Source: an uncultured Phocaeicola sp. (lineage in GTDB: Bacteria > Bacteroidota > Bacteroidia > Bacteroidales > Bacteroidaceae). From it: 64,000 nt of DNA. The DNA is taken from positions 17,399-81,398 of the forward strand of contig CALUJF010000006.1 in assembly GCA_944320855.1 (NCBI GenBank), written 5' to 3'. A program made the position numbers and the translations under genes. This document shows positions 52,815 through 61,514 of this stretch, in pieces. Each line of letters begins with the position of its first letter. The first letter of the stretch is position 1. The notes under the pieces are model-generated. The model did no database searches and was not told where the DNA came from. It saw only the letters and a list, made by a program, of their open reading frames with translations.

Positions 52815-55088
52815 ATGAAAAGAATATTATTCGCAACGGCATTTTTATTGTCATTATTGGTGGTAAATGCGGGCAACAACAGGAAACTGCTGTACACCGG
52901 AGAGCTTGTTTCCTCCGCAAAACAGAAAATGGAGAAGGATTCATTGATGCAGAAAGCATGGAATGAAATAAAATCTGTGGCTGATGCTCAGCTTAAACGT
53001 AACTCTGTAGATAAGTTGGATTATCTGTCATTGGCTTATATAATGACAGGCGACAAGGCATATTCAGATAAAATCAGGGCAGTACTGAAGGGCGTAGTAA
53101 ATAATAAAGCTTGGGCAAGCTCGGAAATGCTGAGCCGCAAACCGGCATGGCGTTCGGACTTGGGAGTGGCGCATAAGGCTTATATGACTGCAATTGGTTA
53201 TAATACTGTGTATAACGATATGAGCGCTTCGGAGCGTAAGCAGATAGCGGATGCTTTGTACAGACTTGGTGTGGAGCCTCTGCTTGGCGACTGGGTTATG
53301 GAACCGACACGTATACACTCGCTGAATTCGATGGGACATAACTGGTGGACCTCGTGCGTATGTATGGGTGGTATTCTTGCGTTGAGTATTCAGAATGAAG
53401 TGCCTCAGGCTAAGGCAGGTACGGATGCTGTGTATGAGATGTTGCCGGAGTGGTTCCTATTTGCAGGTGATGTATTGCAGCATAAACCTAAAACTTTCGA
53501 TGAAGCGGGAGGTATGTATGAGAGTCTAAACTATGCCAACTTCGGTATTCAGGAGGCATTGCAGTTCTATATAGCATGGGGAAACATCAACGGCAAGAAA
53601 CAGTTGCCGGAACTTTCGCATTTCGACAAGCTTTGCGATTATTTCATGCATGTTTGCTATCCGCGTACAGGTATGCTTTACAGTCTGAATTTCGGCGACA
53701 GTCATAAGAATATCTCTGCAGAGAGCAGCCTGATACTTCTTTATTCGCTTGGCGTGAAGGACGACAATATACTTTGGTATATCAGTCAGGTGGAGCAGGG
53801 ACAGCATCGTGACGGTTATTTCCTCAATAAACCGATGGGATTTCTTTATACTCCCGACTTAAGCAAGGCTCCAAAACTGCCGGAACAGAAGAATTCGCAG
53901 CTTTTCTCTGATTTCGGATGGGCTACTATGCGTACTTCGTGGGAAAAGGATGCTACTATGCTTGCCGTAAAGAGCGGGCATACGTGGAATCACTCTCATG
54001 CCGATGCTAACTCGTTTATACTGTTTCACAAAGGTGTGGATATCATAAAGGATGCGGGCAACTGCTGGTATCCGAAACCGGAATACCGTAACTATTTCTT
54101 CCAGAGCCAGGCTCATAATGTGGTGTTGTTCAACGGCCAGGGACAATCGCGCGAACAGCAGTATAACGGTTCATCGTTGAGAGGAAATATGTATAATCTG
54201 ATGGATGCAGGTAACATAAGATATGTTATGTCGGACGGCACGGGACCGGTGTCTGATAATTTCAGCCGTAACTTCCGTCATTTCCTGTGGATGGATAATG
54301 TGATATACATGATAGATGACCTGAAGACACATACTTACGGAGATTTCGAATGGTTGTGGCATCCGGGAGGTGAGGCTAAAAAGAGTGGAGCTGACCTTAC
54401 TGTGACCAACGGTGAGGCTTCGGTAGTTATCCGTCCGCTGTATCCGCGCCTGTTGGCATTGTCGGATTTCGTACACGATTATCCTGAGGACCTCTACTGG
54501 GAAATAGTTGAGGCTCCGCATGAAGACTTGAACGGAAAGACTGAGAAGTATTATTCATTCCATTTGCCGGGCAAGTTCAACCGTGTGAAGGGGCTTACTG
54601 CAATAATTATAAAGGACAATCCGAAGCAAAAGGAACTTCCGGTGATGGAAAGACGCGAGGGTAAGGACTGGATTGGCCTGAGAGTGAAGTTTCAGGGTAA
54701 GGTGACAGACCTGTATATCAACCAGCTTGCCGACGGAAGGCTGATGCACAGCAACTCATGGATAGAGGCTGACGGATGGACAACTGATGCATATATGTTT
54801 GCCGTTACTTATAAGGAAGGGGAGAAACCTTCGGCTGCGAAAGAAATGTTCGTATGCTATGGCAGTGCACTACGTCGTGACGACAAATCTTATTTCTCGT
54901 CTATGTCCAAACTGTTCGTCATAAAGAAGGAAGAGAAGGACGGATGGAAGCTGTGGATACAGGGACAGCCGTACATGAATGCCTCGTTCGGAACTTCTTC
55001 TGTACGTCCGGCCGGATTGTGGGTAAATGACAAGGAAATGAAGTACACTTATAAGGATAATTCTATAAAGGTGAGAATCGAAGAGTGA
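52815..55088 (+). CDS. heparinase II/III-family protein (polysaccharide lyase-like), exported
   Basis: 757 aa with signal peptide LLVVNAG/NN. The alpha/alpha-toroid-type N-terminal half is followed by GHTWNHSHADANSFILF, the hallmark His-rich block of heparinase II/III-like proteins. Confidence 0.8.
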   Translation: MKRILFATAFLLSLLVVNAGNNRKLLYTGELVSSAKQKMEKDSLMQKAWNEIKSVADAQLKRNSVDKLDYLSLAYIMTGDKAYSDKIRAVLKGVVNNKAWASSEMLSRKPAWRSDLGVAHKAYMTAIGYNTVYNDMSASERKQIADALYRLGVEPLLGDWVMEPTRIHSLNSMGHNWWTSCVCMGGILALSIQNEVPQAKAGTDAVYEMLPEWFLFAGDVLQHKPKTFDEAGGMYESLNYANFGIQEALQFYIAWGNINGKKQLPELSHFDKLCDYFMHVCYPRTGMLYSLNFGDSHKNISAESSLILLYSLGVKDDNILWYISQVEQGQHRDGYFLNKPMGFLYTPDLSKAPKLPEQKNSQLFSDFGWATMRTSWEKDATMLAVKSGHTWNHSHADANSFILFHKGVDIIKDAGNCWYPKPEYRNYFFQSQAHNVVLFNGQGQSREQQYNGSSLRGNMYNLMDAGNIRYVMSDGTGPVSDNFSRNFRHFLWMDNVIYMIDDLKTHTYGDFEWLWHPGGEAKKSGADLTVTNGEASVVIRPLYPRLLALSDFVHDYPEDLYWEIVEAPHEDLNGKTEKYYSFHLPGKFNRVKGLTAIIIKDNPKQKELPVMERREGKDWIGLRVKFQGKVTDLYINQLADGRLMHSNSWIEADGWTTDAYMFAVTYKEGEKPSAAKEMFVCYGSALRRDDKSYFSSMSKLFVIKKEEKDGWKLWIQGQPYMNASFGTSSVRPAGLWVNDKEMKYTYKDNSIKVRIEE

Positions 55089-55097
55089 TTAATTACT

Positions 55098-55141
55098 GTT
55101 TAAACGCTGTTTAAATACTATTTAAATGCTTTTTAAATGAA
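55098..55141. repeat. four 11-bp phased units (G/A/T)TTTAAA-NNNN running into the next start codon
   Basis: Units are gtttaaacgct, gtttaaatact, atttaaatgct and ttttaaatgaa. The last unit contains the ATG at 55137. Confidence 0.85.
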
Positions 55142-56216
55142 AAAACTGATTGGTTCATTCTTGGTTTTATTGTCGGTGTGCGGATGTATGTCATGCTCGC
55201 ACAATAAAACAACCGGATATGATTTCATGCCGCTTGACACTCTAATACAGTCGTGGATGAATAAGGAGTATTATCCGGGGGGAGCTGTATGTGTTGCTAA
55301 AAACGACACTGTACTGTTCTCTAAGTGCTACGGGGATTTTACTCCTGATACAAAAGTGTATGTTGCTTCGGCCGGGAAGTAGGTAGCAGCGGCTGTCATA
55401 GCAGCTGTGGTGGACAGAACGGAACTTGACTGGGATGATGAGGTACAGAAATGGTTGCCTGAGTTTGCCAGCGACCCTAAGGGAAGTATCAGACTAAGAC
55501 AGTTGCTTTCGCATACTTCGGGAATACGTCCTTATCTGCCTGAACCGAGAGTGGATAACTATAACAGTCTGGACTCGGCTGTAGCGGAGATTCTGCCTCT
55601 TGATACAGTATTTGCAGCCGGCAGACGGTTTGAATATGGTGGCCTGGCAATGCAGGTGGCAGGAAGAATGGCAGAAATGGCGTATGGCAATGATTTCGAG
55701 ACATTGTTTCAGACTCTGATAGCATCTCCTTTGGAAATGAAAAATTCTCATTTCACTCCGGTGAACACAGACGGAGGCCATGCTCCGATGTTGGGAGGTG
55801 GGCTTTGTACTACGCTCAATGACTATATGGCTTTCCTGAAAATGATTTACAACTATGGGGAGTATGACGGAAAAAGGGTCCTTACTCACGAGAGTGTCAT
55901 TGAGATGCAGAAAGACCAGGTAGGCGCTGCCCGGATTTCATCCGGTGAATATGTGGAAAGGGCCTTGGGAAAAACTCATAGCGGAATATATGGCCTGGGA
56001 GAATGGCGCGAACTTATAGATGAAACTACCGGTGAGGCATATCAGATAAGCTCGCCCGGATGGGCAGGAGCATATCCGTGGATAAATAAAAGAGATAGTG
56101 TCTATGGTTTCTTTATTGCCCATGTGACAGGTTCGTCGCAAAAGAAAGACGGTTTCTCTTCATTCTATGGAAGTCCGGTGATTTCCGCTACGGTAACTCA
56201 AATATTGAACAGATAA
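55137..56216 (+). pseudogene. beta-lactamase-fold serine hydrolase interrupted by one in-frame TAG (55380-55382)
   Basis: ORFs 55137..55382 and 55407..56216 are in the same frame. Read through, the junction is VYVASAGK*VAAAVIAAVVD. The stop falls directly after the S-x-x-K nucleophile motif, where a hydrophobic residue (TGG Trp is one mutation away) would be expected. A Y-x-N-like block, FEYGGLAMQVAG, follows. Confidence 0.7.
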
Positions 56217-56230
56217 AAACTATATTTATT

Positions 56231-58153
56231 ATGAAAGGAAAAGTATTAACACTAACATTGTCTTTATTATCACTACAGGCTATGAATGCACAGTCTGTAT
56301 ATCCTGGCTTGTTTGAAGATAAACAGAAAATCAGTTCCGGTATTGAATATTCTGCCAAGTGTTTTGACCTTGAAGATGTACGTCTTTTAGACAGCAGGTT
56401 TAAAGACAATATGGACAGAGATTCAGTATGGATGGTTTCAATAGATGTTGACAGACTGCTACACAGTTTCCGTACTACAGCCGGTGTTTATGCCGGACGT
56501 GAAGGCGGATATATGACTGTGAAAAAGCTTGGAGGTTGGGAATCGCTTGACTGTGAATTAAGAGGACATGTGACAGGACATCTTCTTTCAGCTTATTCGC
56601 TTATGTATGCGGCAACCGGAAGTGATGTTTTTAAATTGAAGGGAGACAGTCTGGTCAGTGGATTGGCTGAAGTTCAGAAGGTATATGGTACTGGATATTT
56701 GAGTGCTTTTCCCGAAGAGCTGATTAACAGAAATATTCGTGGAAAAAGTGTCTGGGCACCATGGTACACCCTTCATAAAATATTGTCCGGACTGATAGAC
56801 CAGTATCTGTATTCAGGAAACATACAGGCCTTGGATATAGCTGCAGGTATGGGAGACTGGGCTTACGGTAAGCTTCATATTCTTGATGACGATACTCGCA
56901 GACGGATGATAAGAAATGAGTTCGGTGGAATAAATGAGTCATTTTACAATCTGTATGCCCTTACTGGTGATGAGAGATATAAATGGCTTGCCGGTTTCTT
57001 CTATCATAATGAGGTTATTGACCCTCTGAAGAAAAACATTGATGACCTTGGAACCAAACATACCAATACGTTTATTCCAAAGGTTTTGGCAGAGGCCAGA
57101 AATTATGAGCTGTCGGGTGATGCAGTGAGCAGAAATCTGTCGGAGTTCTTTTGGAAAACAATGATTGAAAAACATTCTTTTGCTCCCGGATGCAGCAGTG
57201 ATAAGGAACATTTCTTTGATACCGGTAAATTTTCTAAACATATAACCGGATATACGGGGGAAACATGCTGTACTTACAACATGTTGAAACTCAGTCGCCA
57301 TCTGTTCTGTTGGAATGCCTCGTCCCATGTAGCCGATTATTATGAATGTGCTTTGTATAACCATATACTTGGACAGCAGGATACTGAAACAGGTATGGTG
57401 GCGTATTTCCTGCCGTTGAAGACGGGCAGCCATAAAGTTTACAGCACTCCGTTCAATTCGTTCTGGTGTTGCGTTGGAAGTGGGTTTGAAAGTCACGCCA
57501 AGTATGCTGAAAGTATTTATTACCATAATGCCGAAGGCTTGTTCGTTAATCTTTTTATTCCTTCTGTGCTTACATGGAAAGAAAGGAATGTCAAAATAAC
57601 CCAGCTTACAGAATTTCCATACAAGGAGAACGTAACTTTAAAGGTTGAAACTGATAAACCAACCGAATTTGTAGTATATTTACGCTATCCGTCGTGGAGT
57701 AAGAATGTTAAAGTGAAAGTCAATGGCAAGAATTATCGTGTGAAAACCAATGAAAATGGATATATTGAGATTGACCGGACATGGAGAAACGATGACAGGA
57801 TAGATATTGTTTATCCTATGGAGTTACGATGGGAATATACTCCTGATAATAAGAATATTGCCGCACTGCTTTATGGACCTGTCGTGATGGCCGGAGAATT
57901 GGGTACGGAAGGAATGAAAGAACCGGCTCCACATTCAAATCCGGAATTATATAATGATTACTATACATACGATTACAACATTCCTGAAGGACTTGAAGAA
58001 AAGGCGAAAGTGAGTTGTAGAAAACCTGAAGACTGTTTTACAAAACAGGATGGATTAAAGTTTGTGTCGGACAAGGGAGTAGAAGTAGAACCTTTGTTTG
58101 ATGTACACAGACAGAGGTATGTGGTTTATTGGAATATTGAGAATAAGAAATAA
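56231..58153 (+). CDS. glycoside hydrolase family 127 (beta-L-arabinofuranosidase-like, DUF1680)
   Basis: 640 aa with a signal peptide. Motifs are GHVTGHLLSA, GETCCTYNM (E-x-C) and FWCCVGSG (CC), matching the Glu/Cys zinc and nucleophile set known for GH127 HypBA1-type enzymes. Confidence 0.85.
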   Translation: MKGKVLTLTLSLLSLQAMNAQSVYPGLFEDKQKISSGIEYSAKCFDLEDVRLLDSRFKDNMDRDSVWMVSIDVDRLLHSFRTTAGVYAGREGGYMTVKKLGGWESLDCELRGHVTGHLLSAYSLMYAATGSDVFKLKGDSLVSGLAEVQKVYGTGYLSAFPEELINRNIRGKSVWAPWYTLHKILSGLIDQYLYSGNIQALDIAAGMGDWAYGKLHILDDDTRRRMIRNEFGGINESFYNLYALTGDERYKWLAGFFYHNEVIDPLKKNIDDLGTKHTNTFIPKVLAEARNYELSGDAVSRNLSEFFWKTMIEKHSFAPGCSSDKEHFFDTGKFSKHITGYTGETCCTYNMLKLSRHLFCWNASSHVADYYECALYNHILGQQDTETGMVAYFLPLKTGSHKVYSTPFNSFWCCVGSGFESHAKYAESIYYHNAEGLFVNLFIPSVLTWKERNVKITQLTEFPYKENVTLKVETDKPTEFVVYLRYPSWSKNVKVKVNGKNYRVKTNENGYIEIDRTWRNDDRIDIVYPMELRWEYTPDNKNIAALLYGPVVMAGELGTEGMKEPAPHSNPELYNDYYTYDYNIPEGLEEKAKVSCRKPEDCFTKQDGLKFVSDKGVEVEPLFDVHRQRYVVYWNIENKK

Positions 58154-58169
58154 AAAATGATTTGATGCC

Positions 58170-59774
58170 ATGAGAAAGATATTAATGATTATGATGCTGG
58201 CCATGGTGTCAGTATGCACTTTTGCAGGAGAATGGCAGTGGAGTGTAGGTATTAAAGGTATGGTTTCTTCGGAAACGAACAGAAATCCGGATGCTTTTCT
58301 ATGGATTCCGCCTAAATGTGAGATGGTGAGAGCCGTGATGGTAGGGCAGCATAACATGTCGGAAGAAACATTGTTTGAAATGGACAGTTTCAGACAGAAG
58401 CTTGCCGATATGGGGGTGGGCATGATATGGATAACTCCCGGGCTTGACCAGCAGTGGAAAGTGGAAACAGGTGTGCAGAAAGCATTTGAAACCATGATGA
58501 ATGACTTTGCCGAGGTGAGTGGATATAGTGAGTTGAAATATGTTCCTGTTATTCCTATAGGACATTCGGCTATGGCTACATATCCGTGGAACTTCGCTGC
58601 ATGGAATCCGGAAAGGACTCTTGCCGTAATATCACTTCACGGTGATGCTCCACGTACTAACCTTTGCGGTTATGGCAGGGAAAACCTTGAATGGGGACGT
58701 ACGAGGAATATAGACGGTATTCCGGGACTGATGATTGAAGGGGAATATGAATGGTGGGAGGCAAGGGTTAATCCGGCACTCGCTTTCAGGATGATGTATC
58801 CGGACAGTTGTATATCTTTCCTCTGTGATACCGGAAGAGGACACTTCGATGTTGCATCACAGACAGCCGATTATATAGCCTTGTTCATCAGAAAAGCACT
58901 CGAATGGAGATATCCGCAAAATCAGAATATAGATTCTCCTGTGGCTCTGAAGAAAGTTAATGTGAAAGAAGGATGGTTGGCTGAACGCTGGTGGGGCGAC
59001 AAGGCAAAACGACCAAAAGCAGCTCCTTACAATAAGTATAAGGGCGACAGGCATGATGCTTTCTGGTATTTTGATGAGGAGATGGCTATGCTGACGGAAG
59101 ACAGATACAGGCAGCACAGAAACAAGAAGATGCAGTACATCGGTTTCATGCAGAATTGCGAACTTACGGGGTATAATTCGGCTTCGCACGTAAAAGCTGC
59201 ATTAAGATTTCTTCCTCATGAAGATGGGCTTACTTTCAATATCACCCCTGTGTTTACAGATTCATTGAGAACCGAACCAAGTGATGACAACACTGGTGGA
59301 AAGATTACGATGGATAGGGTATGCGGTCCTGTAGAAGTTATAAATGATACGACCTTCAGAGTAAGTTTCTACAGAATGGGTATGTATAATCCGCGTCGTA
59401 CGGCTGACATAACACTGCTGGCAAGCAATGGTGGTGACAAGAAATATAAGGGAGCTGTTCAGGAGTTAAGCCTTAAAATCCCTTACAGAAATACCGGTGG
59501 CAAACGTCAGTACATTATGTTTCCGGGTATAGAAGATATTTCTGCCGGAACAAAAGAAGTAACCCTGAATGCTGTTTCGGATTGCGGTCTTCCTGTTTCA
59601 TATTATGTTAAGCAGGGCTCGGCTGTAGTTGATGGCAATACTCTGAGAATAACCGATATCCCTGTAAAAAGCAAATATCCGGTTAAGGTAACTGTTGTAG
59701 CATGGCAGTACGGTATTGGCGGTAAAGTTCAGACTGCTGAACCGGTGGAGAGGGATTTTTATATCATTAAATAA
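58170..59774 (+). CDS. exported protein of unknown function, possibly alpha/beta-hydrolase-like with a C-terminal beta-sandwich
   Basis: 534 aa with an N-terminal signal peptide. VIPIGHSAMATYPW resembles a nucleophile elbow (G-x-S-x-[GA]-like). No family was recognised. It is the last gene of the heparinase-like/GH127 operon. Confidence 0.45.
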   Translation: MRKILMIMMLAMVSVCTFAGEWQWSVGIKGMVSSETNRNPDAFLWIPPKCEMVRAVMVGQHNMSEETLFEMDSFRQKLADMGVGMIWITPGLDQQWKVETGVQKAFETMMNDFAEVSGYSELKYVPVIPIGHSAMATYPWNFAAWNPERTLAVISLHGDAPRTNLCGYGRENLEWGRTRNIDGIPGLMIEGEYEWWEARVNPALAFRMMYPDSCISFLCDTGRGHFDVASQTADYIALFIRKALEWRYPQNQNIDSPVALKKVNVKEGWLAERWWGDKAKRPKAAPYNKYKGDRHDAFWYFDEEMAMLTEDRYRQHRNKKMQYIGFMQNCELTGYNSASHVKAALRFLPHEDGLTFNITPVFTDSLRTEPSDDNTGGKITMDRVCGPVEVINDTTFRVSFYRMGMYNPRRTADITLLASNGGDKKYKGAVQELSLKIPYRNTGGKRQYIMFPGIEDISAGTKEVTLNAVSDCGLPVSYYVKQGSAVVDGNTLRITDIPVKSKYPVKVTVVAWQYGIGGKVQTAEPVERDFYIIK

Positions 59775-59967
59775 CTTTCGCTATAAAAATTAGAATAAAC
59801 CAGGAGAGATGATTCCGATGCTTTAAGTATTGGAATTGTCTTTCTTTTTTTATAATGATAAGTGAAAGTTTGATAATATAACTTCCTTTGTCGTGATATT
59901 TTTTATGCTGTTATTTTAACATTCGGAGATTTTGCGTATGTTTGTGCTTACAAATAAAAACAGCAGT

Positions 59968-60477
59968 ATGGAAACAAAAAAGATAACAGTATCTGATGAG
60001 GATTTGCGCAGGGGAGCGGAAGAAGGAATGGACGCTTTTCTGAAGGTTTTTACGGATAAGTATATAGAAGTGACAGGCGGTGAAATCACAGCCGAGACAA
60101 TGCCTTTGCTCAACGGTTATCAGCACTCATTGTTGGGATATCATTTTTTCCGTGAAGAAGTGCTTGAAGGCGGATTCGTACAGTTGATTCAGAACGGATA
60201 TGGCCCTTATATCTTTGAGAATCCTTTTGCCAAGGCTATGAGGATGTTTGGTGCAAAGGATTTTGCGAAACTGATTTACGATGCGAAGGTGATATATGAT
60301 GCCAATAAAGAGGACTTGCAGAAAGACTGTACCGACGAGGAGTTCATGGCTATGTATGAACAGTATGAGGCATTCGATGACTTGGAGGAACAGTTCATGG
60401 ACATGGAGGAGATGGTTACTGCTACCATAGCCGAATATGTGGACGAACATTTGGACGATTTTGCAGCAATAGAATAA
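59968..60477 (+). CDS. DMP19/DUF4375-like protein (DNA-mimic family candidate)
   Basis: I prefer the start at METKKITVSDEDL. The segment LNGYQHSLLGYHFFREEVLEGGFVQLIQNGYGPYIFENPFAKAMRMFGA and the acidic C-terminus match my recollection of Bacteroides proteins annotated as DMP19 family. Confidence 0.45.
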   Translation: METKKITVSDEDLRRGAEEGMDAFLKVFTDKYIEVTGGEITAETMPLLNGYQHSLLGYHFFREEVLEGGFVQLIQNGYGPYIFENPFAKAMRMFGAKDFAKLIYDAKVIYDANKEDLQKDCTDEEFMAMYEQYEAFDDLEEQFMDMEEMVTATIAEYVDEHLDDFAAIE

Positions 60478-60559
60478 TTTTTTAAAAGTGTTATGCAGTA
60501 TTTATATGTATCCTGCATTACATATATAGTGTAATTAAATTTAAAAGAGAAAGATATTT

Positions 60560-61324
60560 ATGAAGAAAACAAAGTTTGCGGTGCTGTTCACCGCTATGAT
60601 GGCTGTATTGGGGTTGAGTTCTTGTTTGGGTGATCCGGATCCGTATAATTATGGTAAAGAATATATTAAGGTTGTTCCAAGTCTTAATGGTTGTTCATTC
60701 AAAAATCTCTACAAATTAATATTAAATCCTACCGATCAGTCTTTGATTTCGAGTTCTTTTATTAATATGGAATATGCATGGATATATTATAAGTATAAAA
60801 GGGAAGATTTGGTTACAGGTGTAAGTGAGATAGATGTTGAACTTCAGTCTGCTCCTGTTGCTATTAAAGAGTTATATAGTTCCAGTATTGAGAGTGACGG
60901 AAATTCATATATAGATTATGTTGGCTTGTCACAATATGCTTTCCCGTTTTATGATGCCAATACAATGTTTTTGGATATTCAGTATGATATAAAGAATGTT
61001 GGAAGTGATGAATTGAGCAGCGAATTGGCAAAACACTCATTGAGTATATCAAGAGTGAGTGAAGACTGTACTTCTGACAAGGTAGTTTTGAAGTTGAATC
61101 ATGAGGAGCTAGTATCGTCAGAGGATGACGAAGATGTCAAAAAAGGTGACTACGGTGATATACGTTATATAAATCTCTATTCTTTATTGAATGGTCAGAC
61201 TCCTGATAAATTGGTTATCAGATATAATAAGAGTACGAGTAGTGATAAAATAGAGTTGGATAGTTGTATTGTTAGTTACAAGGAAATTGTAAATACATAC
61301 TTCAATAACAACTCATCTATGTAA
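60560..61324 (+). CDS. lipoprotein of unknown function
   Basis: 254 aa with lipobox GLSSC/LGDPD. The gene is AT-rich. No family was recognised; a NigD-like assignment was considered but is not supportable. Confidence 0.55.
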   Translation: MKKTKFAVLFTAMMAVLGLSSCLGDPDPYNYGKEYIKVVPSLNGCSFKNLYKLILNPTDQSLISSSFINMEYAWIYYKYKREDLVTGVSEIDVELQSAPVAIKELYSSSIESDGNSYIDYVGLSQYAFPFYDANTMFLDIQYDIKNVGSDELSSELAKHSLSISRVSEDCTSDKVVLKLNHEELVSSEDDEDVKKGDYGDIRYINLYSLLNGQTPDKLVIRYNKSTSSDKIELDSCIVSYKEIVNTYFNNNSSM

Positions 61325-61366
61325 ATTTGTTGTTTTCTTATATAGCTGCTGAACAGGCAGCAAACG

Positions 61367-61408
61367 GGCAGTAAACGCTAAACATACAGTGTTTACTGCC
61401 TATTTTTA
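61367..61408 (+). terminator. rho-independent terminator after the lipoprotein gene
   Basis: The 10-bp stem ggcagtaaac (61367-61376) pairs with gtttactgcc (61391-61400) and is followed by tattttta. Confidence 0.6.
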
Positions 61409-61436
61409 TGTATTTACACATCGGAAACGGCCTGCA

Positions 61437-61458
61437 AAATACCTAATTTTAGGTATTT
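61437..61458. promoter_or_regulatory. perfect 10-bp inverted repeat AAATACCTAA-tt-TTAGGTATTT upstream of fldA (candidate operator)
   Basis: The arms at 61437-61446 and 61449-61458 are exact reverse complements. The element ends 56 nt before the ATG at 61515. Confidence 0.4.
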
Positions 61459-61514
61459 CAAAATCTTTACATTCATAGTTACTTTGCAATGTCAAATCAA
61501 TTAAATGTAAGGAA

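Noticed and set aside
52682-52897. 71-aa minus-strand ORF in the divergent region
   Set aside because: It overlaps the start of the heparinase-like gene and the repeat array, and its sequence is AT-rich and low-complexity.
55407-56216. GTG-initiated 269-aa ORF as an independent functional hydrolase gene
   Set aside because: It would lack both the signal peptide and the S-x-x-K catalytic motif, which lie upstream of the TAG in the same frame. It is better explained as the 3' part of an interrupted gene.
52815-59774. Calling this region a polysaccharide utilisation locus (PUL)
   Set aside because: No SusC-like TonB-dependent transporter or SusD-like gene is present in or next to the cluster within the window.
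60560-61324. Assigning the 254-aa lipoprotein to the NigD-like family
   Set aside because: Only the lipobox followed by an Asp/Pro-rich start is reminiscent. I could not recognise any further conserved block.
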